Shown one piece after another: positions 12,601-23,194 of a stretch of 64,000 nucleotides of DNA. The first letter of the stretch is position 1; the number at the start of each line of letters is the position of its first letter. The stretch comes from Asterias rubens. Lineage: Eukaryota. The position numbers and the translations under genes are program-made. The stretch spans positions 2,976,001 through 3,040,000 of the forward strand of contig NC_047064.1 of NCBI RefSeq assembly GCF_902459465.1, written 5' to 3'. The notes under the pieces were generated by a model. The model did not search any database, was not told the origin of the DNA, and worked only from the letters and a program-made list of their open reading frames with translations.

Positions 12601-15600
12601 TGAGTCTGAAAGCTTGCTGATTATGAAGTTCATACTACAACCATTGTTTCTGTGAAATGAAGTCTGAAGTCATTCGAGAAAACTGTTTAAGTCACCTGGA
12701 AGTGGTATTTTGTCAAATAAAGCTTTTGTCGCTAAAATATGTGTTTTGATGAGTGGAATATGAATAAACAATTAACTAAGGTTTTGAAAAACTAGTTTCC
12801 ATGTTATTTACAAACTTGAAACTAAGCCCGACCCGAGAGGGCGCTGTTCGTGACGTCAATCGAGGCGCGATGAATCGCATTCAGTGCCAACACAAGATAG
12901 TGACGCTTGGCGCAAGCTGAAAACATGCCCTCAAAGTTGAACAATACCTGATTTTGTTCACGTTAAGCAAATGCTCCTTCAGGTTCGTTACGTCTTGCAG
13001 GTACCTTCTTCGACTTCCCACTTGCTGGGAAAATTGTTGGGATGGCTTCATGTTTTAGAACAGAACGTTTCTCTTCATGTCAAAATGTGTAGTGTATTCC
13101 GGATTCTCGAAGCACGACGGCTCGAAGTGTTTGCTGCACAGCGCTGGGAAAGACGTCGGACCGGACCACTTTGCAAACTGACCCCATCTTTAGTTGTTTT
13201 GCTGCATCCAGCAGCTATACACATGGTCGACATTGCCGGAAAAATGCAAGAGAAAACCTTTTTCGAAACGTACAAAATCTTGAATGTACATGTACTAGCA
13301 CGTACGTGTGTTCGATGTTCGATCGAGGCAAAGTCTGCCACACATCTTTATTTATTTTGTGTGTAATGAAGAATTGTTTAGGAGTTGTAGAGGCATATTT
13401 TCTCATTCAAAGTTGCACTTGACAATGTCTACTTGTCTCCAATAATAATATTAAAATAATAATATACACGCATGCTTCCTTTAGATTGGAAAAGGTTCAA
13501 TATTTTTTGATAGACGCGCAAACGCCCTTTTGAAAGTACACAGTACCAGCGAGAAAACATGTCTCTGGGGAAGAGGTTGAATCTCCTTTAAGTGCATCTG
13601 TTCTAATCAATACTCGCTGCGTTATTTTTACACGGACCTCGTAATGAAACGAGATATGCATGTATTCGATGGGGTCCCATTGCGGGTTCTTCAACAAACG
13701 TTATTCTGTCACCCACCCTCAATACGTTAGTGACAGTGTAAACACATCTATACGCGGGAATAAGGTTTCAAACGGTAATTTTATCGTCTGTTTGCATTGG
13801 GCAAACAAAAATATGTTTTCGGATATAAATTTAGAAAATGTCTGTATTGCAAACATTTAAAAAGCAATTCAGTTGCAACAGTGAGTCAGTGGTAAGGGGC
13901 ATATCTTGTGTCACCTATTGTATTTTATGAGCTGTGCTTCTTTTGTTCTGTATGTTGATCGAAAATACAAGAGCCTGAACGGTTCTCGAAACCTTTAGCT
14001 GTCGTTCAGAGTTCGGCAAGATATTTCTTGTCTTTTGGGATTCACATGGGGAGCAATGTTTTGATTGCATTGTAAAACACACCAATATTTGTTGTTATAA
14101 GTAAGCTGTTGTTGGTCTTTCAACAACATTTACGAATTGAATACCTTAATAAATCAGTGGAACAGAACTTCAAAACCCTTAGAGGGCAGGTACACGTTTG
14201 GTGATTGTCAAAGACCAGTACTCCCCCTTGGTGTATCCCAACATCAGCATAAAATAATAATCCTGTGAACGCTTGAGCTAAATTGGTCATCGAAGCTGCG
14301 AGAAAATAATGAGAGAGAAAACACCTTTGTTGGACGAATTTATGTGCTTTCAGATAGGAATAATAGACTTTTGGCTAGAAGTCTTTTCGTGAGAAATTAC
14401 CTCTTTCTCAAAATCTTTGCTACTTCAGAGGGAGTCGTTTCTCACAATGTTTTATACTATCAACAGCTCTCCAATGCTCTTCACCAAGTCAGTTTTTAAG
14501 TTAGTTATGTTTTGAGTAATTACCAAACATGTACCTTCCATTTAAGGGGTAACTATAGTGTACTCGAATGAATTTATTTTACTGGAGACGAGCAGAGCAT
14601 ATACGAAACGTTGAGATTTGTAAATGCGGATGGTCAGGTTATTAGCGTAGTGATATCTTCCCTCGCCTTCAATCTTTATAGGACCCGGTTCGAGTCACGC
14701 CGGGGGCACTATATACGTGAATTGGGTTTTCAGTCCCTACCTGATTGGTTTGGTTTCCCTAGTTAAATACTCTTGGGTTTTTCTTCTCATAAACTAAAAC
14801 TCACTTCCTTACTTCTTGGCGTATAAAGTTATTTAAGTTCGCTTTTCTGTTAGTCATTGGCTTCACAACAGAGTAGTTGAAAAAACAATGAAGTGAAAAT
14901 TATTCAAACCATTAAACAAAAAGTGTCTACAATCGGATTTTAAATCACCATATATGTTATTATGTAAATGGTTGATCACACAGAACATGACCACTGTCTG
15001 CGACTATTTGGTGAGCTCTACCAATCCTTTACAGAGCTTTAACTCCAACTTCAACGTTTCTTTGATGGATCGACCGAGTTTGTCTTTAAAACTGTTTGTG
15101 TTTGTTTGGTTTCAGGTTGAGACGATAGGTGATGCGTACATGGTGGCATCTGGCTTACCTGTACGGAATGGGGACTTCCATGCCAGAGAGATTGCCCGCA
15201 TGTCTCTCGCTCTTCTGAATGCTATCAAAAGCTTCAAGATTCGACATAAACCAGACAAAACGCTCATGCTGCGAATTGGTTTGCATTCAGGTAGGTTTAA
15301 TGAGTGGTAGTTAACCCTCTCCATCATGACCCCGCCACCACCACAAACAGCAGCTACAACAACAACAACAAAAGCAACAGTAACAACAACAACACTGAAT
15401 ACATATTGATAACATCTATATCAGTGCAAATCCTTCAGAGAAATAATGTCACATTGAATCAACTAGCTTTTACCAGGACCACCACCACCAACAACAACAA
15501 CAACAAAAACATCAACAACTTTAAATACTGATCAATAAAAATGTGTACCAGTACCAATCCTTTAGAGAAATTAATATCGTCAAATTAGATCAACTAGCTT

Positions 15601-18600
15601 TTACAGACCCACATTTATCTCCGAAGGTTTTTTTTTTTCGATTGTCTCTTTCCCACCTTAGGGCAGCCTCTGTTTGTTCTTCTTTGATTTTGTTGTTGTA
15701 AATGTTCCAGATTACTGATGATAGTTTGTTTACTGCTTTGCAGAAGAATGGGACACCAAAAGCCATTTTGAGGTATGATGGACACTAAACTGTAAGGTTG
15801 GGGTAAATCTGTCTGTATACACCCAACCCACACAGTGCACTCCGATAGTGTCCACCCTATCTCAAAAGGCTAATTGTCTCTCTGCTCAACTGTCGGAAAT
15901 ACAGTCCAATCAGTCACTAAGCTGTGCAGGAAACAAACCGTGATGTCATACAGCGGTCTATTGCTATTGCTTTCTTGTATTAATGTATCTCAAAAAGGAG
16001 GATTGACATTGCAACGTGGCAACCAGCTAGTTATCTGAATCACACTAATTTATTTCGTTCTATGGTTATCAACCTTTCGACATTTTACCCTCAAGTACAA
16101 AGTGGCTGCTGGTTTTTTGTATATGTGCTCACAAAGTTCGCCTAACCATATTACTCAAACGAGATCTTTATCTCTTTATGCACTTTAGACTTGACTCAAG
16201 TCCCAATCCCGTGCCGTCCCCAGAAAACTACTGTTTTGTGATGTTCTGCATTCCCAAATCTGTCCGGCATTCTCGGGACAGCGCGCACTGTAATGCTTAT
16301 TACGGGTTGTATCATAGTATAAGATGACGTGATATTATGCTTAGGGACCTCTCACGTGAGAATGGGACTTGAATCAAGTCTATAATATGACTTGTACTTT
16401 TGGCAACTCAACACGTGCCGATGTTGTTTAATTTACCATGGTGATCGTGATGCCAGCTTGTTTCCTTCAGCCACCCACTCGAAACACGATTGCTTTTCTT
16501 AGAGTGGGTAGTGGTTCGTGTTTGATTAATCCCTGGTAATAACACAAACAAAATGTTCAAGTTTAATAACGACTTTCTCCTAGGTGATGTTTTAAGGTGT
16601 TCTCTTTAAGGATGCGGTTTATTGACGAATGACTCTTGGGGCAGTCAAGCAATCCAAAGAGCAATATTGGAGTCAGGAACCCATAATATTGAGACCCTTA
16701 AAATGCACGAAACACTAAATTAAATTTGTTGGTTGATTACTATTAGATTTAAGGGCAGTTACTTAGTTTTCTTAGAAGCGACTGCTTCTTCTTGGGCAAG
16801 ACATTTTTGTATGGAGAAAATCGATTTCATGCGCTGAAAAATATCGACATGCAAAATGTTATTGTCTATTGTCTGAGTGTCCTGTTTATGTTGTTTGATA
16901 GTCCATCAGGTATCTCAAAACAAGCCTAGGCTTCTAGATGATGCCTTCATTAACTGTATTAATATACTATTCTTTACCTTGTAAAATAGCACTGTTTATT
17001 GATTACTCCTTTATTATAAATTATTGTTTCTATTGTTTTCATGAAGTATGGAAATAAGAGTGAATCGAAACATGTCTTATAGGCCTACATGGATACATTT
17101 TTTTCTGCAGCCTTTAAAAATAGCTAGTCATCAAAAATTTGAGGCCTATCATTAACAAATACTGTATTTTTCATTGGATTTTTTTTGATATTAGCCTCTA
17201 GTTATATTATATAAATCATGTCCCCATAATGTAATATTATGTACAGTTCATTAATATAGAGCAATGGCTCACTGGACAAAGTGACACAAACTACCGGCAT
17301 TCACCATAATGTCATTAATATGTTTTCCTTCATGACCTTTACGTCAAAACTCGTTTTCCGCTAGGTTAGGCTTCGATGGGAATAAGATTGGTTGTTGATG
17401 ATGTCCATAGGTTAGATGTTCAGTTCAAACTTTGACATCAAGAACATGCTAGTTGTCGGGCCTGGAGTAACATATTGGCCACGAAGATGCCATATGTTGC
17501 CCCTGTGTGGCCCTTGTTGCCCTTGAAAAGTTTCCCATAATTTTATAGACTTTAAGATTTTTCTAATGGAAGTGCCCTTTGTAAAATAAAAACGACCTTG
17601 CCCCTTCCAAGATGTAAATTCCAGGCCTGAGTTGCAATTAAATTTCTCGATGTCACTCAAAATTAGAATTGATTTTTGTTGCGCGATGTTTCTTTCTGCA
17701 GGTCCTGTGGTGGCTGGAGTGGTTGGTTTAAAGATGCCCAGATACTGTCTTTTCGGAGACACAGTAAACACAGCATCACGTATGGAATCAAATGGAGAAG
17801 GTTAGCATCAACCTCTTGCTCTTTTTCCAGTCCTTTCCCTAACCCCCCTTAATAGCAAACGTGTGCAGATTTAATTTGCTGAATCGTTTTGATAATCACA
17901 GAGTGTATAAAATACAAGGTTTTTGTGAGAATCGACGACCAGATAGTTGTTATAAAAGCTGACAAATAATCACCATAGAAAGTTCCAGTGGCCAATTCTC
18001 TCTCTCGTAAACCACATTCCTCAGAAGGGAATTGCTTCTCAAAATTAGGCCTTTATGTTCATGGAATGTTGGAGCAAAGGTAGGCCCAACACACTGTGGA
18101 ATATATATTTAACAGATAAAACAAACAAACTTTCAGAGACTGTTCATCATAGTGTGTTTATTGAAAACAAGCAAATTTGGAAACAATACTTTATTACTAC
18201 ATATCACAAAGCTCTACTTTCCACTTAAACTGTGTCATCAATATTTTTGTGCACAGTTGCACATTATCTGGTATCTCCATTCTGACGGTCAGGGTTGGAG
18301 ATCTGACCATGGTGTTTTTCGCTGTACATTGTTTCACATGAGCATCTACAAATGCAATCTGTTTGCATTTCTACACACATGTAATTTTCAACTCCGCCCC
18401 TATGCCCCGCACGTTATTTGTCTCACAGCTACAAAGATGTTCATTTTATTACCGTCTACACATTCATGTTTACGAGGCGTGTGCTAAAGGTCGACTGCGG
18501 TGGTGACAACCTCCAAAAAATATGCAATTTAATTTCGTCCTGCCTTGCTCAATTTCAAAAAATTACGACTTTCATTGCAAAGTTAATTATGGTTGCTCAA

Positions 18601-20809
18601 TCCGATAACCGTACCTCGTGCGTAACGTAGCCACTCGTACGTGACTTTCACAAACACCTAAGGGTGCCGCGTTATACAGGGTTGCCGGGTGTATAGGCTT
18701 CAAACTGCCGAATGTGGTGTGGAGCTCAGGCTCATTGACAGGCTTCCAGAAGACCTGAGACTAATTTCACTGGCAGGATATAGCGACGGATGCACCTCCA
18801 AATTGGCTAGTTTGATGGTCATTGTCAGCCAAGGCCGAATAGACTTTGCCTGCGGGGTGATGTCGTTCGTGCCGTCACCTGCCCCGAGTTTCCGGCAGGT
18901 TGCGAGGCCTGAGAGGCGGTGATATGCCGCCCCGGGATTTTGACAGTTGCTGAAATGGTCACGGTCTTTCTCTCTACTGATAGATGACAACAATGGGTTT
19001 CTACGATTTGAAATGAAGCCTTCTTTGGTTTATAATTAGGCTTCCCCCGTAGGCAATCTTAGATCCTCCTAGACTATACCTGTTCCCAATCACAGCAACT
19101 GGTGTCAGTATTTTTTAAAGGGGACGTTAACTTTGCTTGCGGAACCATTCGATTGATTTAATCCTGTATAACTTTATAAAATACAACTTGCTAAACATTT
19201 AACTTCAAAATGTGATAACGTTTTTTAGAGATATCGCCCAAATAAAATGGAGCGGTGGGAATCCGTCATTGTAAACAAAATCTTAGTCAAACGTGTTATG
19301 TAGAAGTCTTTCTCATATTGAAATGTTTTTGAATCCCTCTCTCTAAAATCACATTCCTTTGAAGGGAATCGTTTCTCAAAATAATATACATTATCAACAT
19401 CTGCAGTGCTTATTACTGGAGGATGTTATGGTCATTAATTTTCTGTAAATTGTCACAGGTAAACATCACAGGTATACCTCCCTTTAACCAAGGTTTTTCT
19501 AATTCACCAGTAAACAGGAAAATATACATGTACTGTTATTTTATTGGTTTAATAATTTTGTTATTTTATTTCCACAGCTATGAAGATTCATATGAGCTCC
19601 TACATCAAGAAAATCCTCGATCTGTTTGGCACTTTCGTGATCGAACTCAGGGGTGAAGTTGAAATGAAGGTAAAATATTGTTACATCCAACCTCGTCCCC
19701 CATCACCACATTTACATACTATTTTCAAATTTATAGTCACTCTTTAGATATGATTTTGAAAATAGTAATGATTTTAAACACACTTTTGGGTGGCTTAGTG
19801 GACTGTTTTGTAACTGTCTCGTCTGTCCTCAGTGATAGATATTTTTTAGCACTTGTTTTACAAAGACATTTTAGAAAATGCATTTGTTAAAAATAGATGC
19901 AATTTCAGATGTGGGATCTCCATTAAAATTGTTGGCTTCTTTTGTGTGTTATTCACGAATGAATTGGCGAGAGAAAATAGATTTGACCTTTTGGGATTAT
20001 ATCGATTTTCAAAATAGAATTGCTTGAATATTAAATGACTCTTTATCCTGCATTGTCGAGAAGACGTTCAGAGCGCAATGACCTAAACGTTGAGCAGTAC
20101 GAACCGGCTCTTCTGAGAGCCATCACTACTCACAAAAGAGACTTTACATAGTCACTGTAAACCAAAGATCGGCGCTATACGATCTTTGCTGTAAAACCTT
20201 ACTTAAAGACCTGCTTGAACGAAAATGTCAAGTCGTGAACTTTGCTGAATTCCACTTAAAATGTTTTCGATGAATAAGGAAATCGAATCATATGATTCTA
20301 AATAGGTTTCAATTGTGTAAAAAAACAATCATTTTGTATGCCCTTGTCCAGAGCTTTTCTGCGAGATTTGCGAAAAGCCCCGTTACGTAATCACTCTCAA
20401 AACGTCATAAGTAGATAAAGCCGCTTTGTTGCAGCGTGGATGTATAACAAAGCAAACTCCCACAAATGACGTCAGCGGCATTGTCCTTTGACGCCCGCTC
20501 TCAACGGCAGAAGTGTTTTTAGTTTTTCAAAAAACCTTTAGGTAGGGGCCTGATTTTTACTCGATAATTACGAAAAGTTCAGAAGTGTACACATATCAAA
20601 ATTACATTAAAATGGTGAACAAGTGCATTATAAACAAGTAAAAATACCATTTCTGTTGAAAACATTCCGCTCAGGTAGCTGTTTAATTGGCTTTTTATCC
20701 GCTGTTCTTATTCCAGGGGAAGGGTAAACAGACGACGTATTGGCTGAAAGGAGAGCTGAAAGACAAGAACGGATTATGCGATTTTAAATATCAGGAAATT
20801 TCCGTGTAA
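3441..20809 (+). CDS. Receptor-type (membrane) guanylyl cyclase, NPR1/NPR2-like; 3' part of gene (8 coding exons, 5' exons outside window)
   Basis: Eight exons join in frame with GT..AG introns. They give the kinase-homology end ([12 protein letters not shown]), coiled coil ([24 protein letters not shown]), and cyclase motifs [46 protein letters not shown]. The Glu in ETIGD and Cys in YCLFGD are the established guanylyl-specificity residues. Confidence 0.96.
4792..5172. mobile_element. Kolobok-like MITE, unrelated interior
   Basis: TTAA|AGGAACAATACAGAGTTG ... CAGATTCTGTAACGTTCCT|TA imperfect TIRs. Confidence 0.55.
7404..7553 (+). CDS. Guanylyl cyclase exon (150 nt): coiled-coil/signalling helix, [50 protein letters not shown]
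   Basis: Acceptor tttcctcag|A, donor TAG|gtaaga; typical receptor-GC dimerisation helix. Confidence 0.96.
7826..8057. mobile_element. Harbinger-type MITE with CAG TSD
   Basis: cag|TGCCCAATTTCATGGC ... GCCATGAAATTAGGCC|cag. Confidence 0.7.
8248..8398. mobile_element. Palindromic MITE
   Basis: CTTAAACTGCCGTTT / AAACGGCAGTTTAAG and further paired arms. Confidence 0.65.
9806..10197 (+). mobile_element. K1 MITE, degenerate
   Basis: Diverged but alignable, ending aattaccaaggtgtatcctgcttttaa. Confidence 0.65.
10270..10700 (+). repeat. ~125-bp tandem repeat with degenerate hammerhead-like motifs (CTGAAGAC at 10275 and 10400), interrupted by the tRNA-containing element
   Basis: TTCTA-CTGAAGA-C-GATCA-CAGCATAC-TGATT-GAAAC-G-TAGAA; repeated GAGCGAAAATG(G)TACCGCG and TTAAATT.TTGCATATT. 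Confidence 0.65.
10497..10663 (+). mobile_element. 5'-truncated copy of the 258-bp tRNA-containing retroelement with 13-bp TSD
   Basis: TAGATCCCAAACT at 10484-10496 and 10664-10676; body nearly identical to the 49.3-49.8 kb units. Confidence 0.85.
10724..10847 (+). CDS. Guanylyl cyclase exon (124 nt): [41 protein letters not shown]
   Basis: Acceptor ttcttttaaaacag|A, donor CAG|gtgagt; contains the first metal-binding Asp (FSDIVG). Confidence 0.97.
11144..11212 (+). CDS. Guanylyl cyclase exon (69 nt): [23 protein letters not shown]
   Basis: Acceptor ttccatcgtatag|G, donor AAG|gtgagg. Confidence 0.97.
11235..11573 (+). mobile_element. K1 MITE, 22 bp downstream of a cyclase exon
   Basis: TTAA|GGCACTGGACACTATTGGT ... 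GTGCAGTGCCT|TTAA. Confidence 0.85.
12687..13345 (-). mobile_element. Truncated DNA-transposon remnant carrying the THAP pseudo-exon
   Basis: Left end TTAAGTCACCTGGAAGTGG resembles a TTAA-flanked terminus; internal GAGGGCGC and TGACGTCA motifs; second terminus not found. Confidence 0.5.
12948..13233 (-). pseudogene. THAP zinc-finger pseudo-exon, probably the N-terminus of a Kolobok- or P-type transposase
   Basis: [20 protein letters not shown] / (frameshift) [22 protein letters not shown]... / (frameshift) [11 protein letters not shown]...GAFA*REQNQ|gtattg. This is a C-x4-C...C-x2-H plus AVPTIF-type THAP signature, disrupted. Confidence 0.8.
14179..14545 (-). mobile_element. K1 MITE, reverse orientation
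   Basis: Reverse complement of the K1 internal sequence; TIR-like ends with TTAA at right. Confidence 0.8.
14631..14880 (+). mobile_element. tRNA-derived SINE, family S1 (V-core-like centre)
   Basis: Shared GGACCC.GGTTCGA and GATTGGGTTTTCAGTCCCTACCTGA with copies at 56170, 57405 and 62622. Confidence 0.6.
15116..15290 (+). CDS. Guanylyl cyclase exon (175 nt): [58 protein letters not shown]
   Basis: Acceptor tttggtttcag|G, donor CAG|gtaggt; second metal-binding Asp and guanine-specifying Glu. Confidence 0.97.
15330..15610. repeat. (AAC)n/(ACC)n microsatellite inside a ~130-bp tandem duplication
   Basis: Two AAC tracts, each followed by CAGT.CAA.TCCTT.AGAGAAAT...ATCAACTAGCTTTTAC. Confidence 0.75.
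16186..16382. mobile_element. MITE with 20-bp TIR
   Basis: TAGACTTGACTCAAGTCCCA ... TGGGACTTGAATCAAGTCTA. Confidence 0.7.
17702..17800 (+). CDS. Guanylyl cyclase exon (99 nt): [33 protein letters not shown]
   Basis: Acceptor tttctttctgcag|GT, donor AAG|gttagc; catalytic N/R and GC-specific Cys. Confidence 0.97.
19578..19669 (+). CDS. Guanylyl cyclase exon (92 nt): [31 protein letters not shown]
   Basis: Acceptor ttatttccacag|CT, donor AAG|gtaaaa. Confidence 0.96.
20203..20686. mobile_element. Kolobok-like MITE in the last cyclase intron
   Basis: TTAA|AGACCTGCTTGAACGAAAATGT vs ACATTCCGCTCAGGTAGCTGT|TTAA imperfect TIRs; internal TGACGTCA. Confidence 0.6.
20717..20809 (+). CDS. Guanylyl cyclase terminal coding exon: [30 protein letters not shown]
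   Basis: Acceptor gttcttattccag|GGG; GKG...TYWL motif; TAA stop at 20807-20809. Confidence 0.95.
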   Translation, partial: GKGKQTTYWLKGELKDKNGLCDFKYQEISV

Positions 20810-22240
20810 TCTTGGGGGAAAACAGTGTTAAGGGACTCCAGTGTATAAAAAACAAATGTCTTAGAAGAAGAAAAATTCCAAATAAATACATGCCTTCCTT
20901 TGAGATTTGCATTTTAACAAAAATTCATATTATGTGTACATGTAAATACATTACAAAAGACTAACTGTGACGCGACTGGACCAACGTGTTGACCTGCAAA
21001 CTGTGACAGTGACCTTTTATTGAATATTCATGACGACAGGCGCGTGCACTGCGATAGACACGCCCACATTTCTTTTCTGACTCACGGACAGTGACTTTAA
21101 TTAAAGAGACATTCACATAATGTTTACAGACAAACGTTCGACTAGACTACAACTTCTGGAACTGAACTCTTAACTTTTTACTGACCACAGACCGTCGTGA
21201 AACCACTGTTAGTCGTATTATGAGGACGTGGGACAGAGGACGGTGACAAGGGTGACAAACGCAAGCAAGTTGACGAGACATTTGACTGTGACAACATGCA
21301 CATCTGCCATATTAGGGTCTCATACTTAAAACCAAAGCACCAAAAGTCTCCAAACCGTTAATGACAACGTGCATCTTGTGTCATGGTGAAATCTGTAAGC
21401 CGGAGATGCTGTCTCCATTATTGGAAATTATCATTAGCTGAAGGAGGATGATACAAAAGAGGGCGCTGTCAGAAGAAGTTTGCGCACAGTTCGCCGTATG
21501 ATGGGGACAGCAGAATATCCGGGGGACACAGAATCTCATGAGACACCGGGAACCAACATAGACAACTAACTGACGGACCTGACTCATGTATCATGAAGAA
21601 TTGGTTTTTTTTTTAAAGTCGATGTTTATGATGTGGTCATCTGTTGTAGGTGTCCTGTATATACAATGATTGTGAGTGTACTAACCCACGGTGTGGGTCC
21701 CAACTATTTCACTTCCAGCCTCAATTTGGTCATAATTATTTGAATGGACGAAGGGGCAAGATGGCTCAAATGGTCAGGTTCTATCTGAGCCAATTTGGAC
21801 GAACGTTATAGTCAGACCATGCATGCACGGACGACAGACTACAACTTTGTAACACTGAGTGGATATGAAGCACAGATACACATTGGTTTAACCTCGAAAG
21901 AATTAAGAGTGACTGTCGCATGATTTTAGTCTAGATTTTAGTCTAGATACAAACTGTTGCCCAGTCCAATCGATATTAATCACACACAAAAACTATCTTG
22001 TGAATGAGCGAAGCCCGCCCTGTGCTTCATATCCGATCATTCATTTCGACACAATCTCTTGGAAACGAGGTTGTTTTTGGCTGACTAACGTCATTACTGG
22101 AGACGTGACGTATCTTGTACAGTGACAGACAAGTCAAGTTTGACACAAATACTGACGTCTGACGTTAACTTTGTAAATTGTAGTGTAGTTTTGATGTTCA
22201 TGTTTCCGGTGAATAAAATTTCAGCATCGTAAAGAGAAAC
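20810..22240 (+). other. Probable 3' UTR of the guanylyl cyclase gene
   Basis: Follows the stop codon. AATAAA at 20881, 22212, 22656 and 22711. Strand-biased GAC enrichment ends just before the 22212 signal. The true 3' end is not determinable from sequence. Confidence 0.55.
22212..22217 (+). terminator. Candidate distal polyadenylation signal AATAAA
   Basis: Hexamer just after the end of the GAC-rich UTR block; alternatives at 20881, 22656, 22711. Confidence 0.4.
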
Positions 22241-23066
22241 AAATATAAGAATTCAAAAGCTGACAAAATCTCCATCATTCAGTACAATATAAATTATATA
22301 GGTAATTGAGATCACAGTCTTTTGTTTTCTTTAGTCCCAATGTAGGAGATCTGTTTTGTTTTCCTAAATTTACAAAGGAAGGCTGAATAACAATTCCTGA
22401 AATGAAAGAAGGATATTTGGAATTTGGAATTTTTTTCTCAAGGACTGTGTTGTGAATAATAGTCATACATATATTTAACGAGACTTTGGCAGTGGGATTT
22501 TTATTGCATGAAATTGTATTAAATGTGATTATGTAATCGGTCAAACCTTTCAACGTCATCGTTGGTGATGTATGTTGGGAAATGTAACAAGTGCTGTCAC
22601 CTTTGACCTCCACCGTGAATGTCGACTTTATAAAGACACAATATTAAAAGCTGTAAATAAAAATGCTCTTTCTGACTCTATGGCTGTACTTTCAAAATTA
22701 ATACATTTGGAATAAAAAAGTAATAATGATGAATACAAATTTTCAACATTTCCTGAACATGCATCCTGTTAATTTTACAGGCATGTTTAAATGGGGTAAT
22801 TAAAATAACGTGTGTATAGTACAAAGTTTATTATAGATATATGACTGACAATACTAGACTCGAAACGTCGAATCTGTTTTCGAGACAACGACGTACAATA
22901 TCCTTCCATTATCCTAGAAAGAGAACAACTCTCTGTAAAACGAACAGGTTACAAGTTTGACTAAACTAAACGTTGGTGGCAGGAACATCTGATTTATTAA
23001 TGTACATGTAGTATTTTTTATTAGCTTAAGGGGCCAATGCTTAATTTTCACCTGCTCTTGATACTA

Positions 23067-23194
23067 GGCCGTGTCCGAAACGACGACTTCGGCTACAGCT
23101 ACGTCTAGATCAGCGCGTCTACCAGTGTTGAAGAATAGCAGACGCGCGCGATCTAGCCGTAGCTGTAGCCGAAGTCGCCAATTCGGACGCGGCC
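23067..23194. mobile_element. Palindromic Harbinger-type MITE with CTA TSD
   Basis: cta|GGCCGTGTCCGAA...TTCGGACGCGGCC|cta; arms GACTTCGGCTACAGCTAC / GTAGCTGTAGCCGAAGTC. Confidence 0.8.

Noticed and set aside
3441-20809. Assigning the symbol NPR1, or calling it the sperm-activating-peptide receptor cyclase
   Set aside because: The extracellular domain is outside the window, and orthology cannot be fixed without a phylogeny.
22846-22872. CTGACAA...CGAAACGTCGA hammerhead-like remnant
   Set aside because: Core mutated, and no stem II or stem I pairing.
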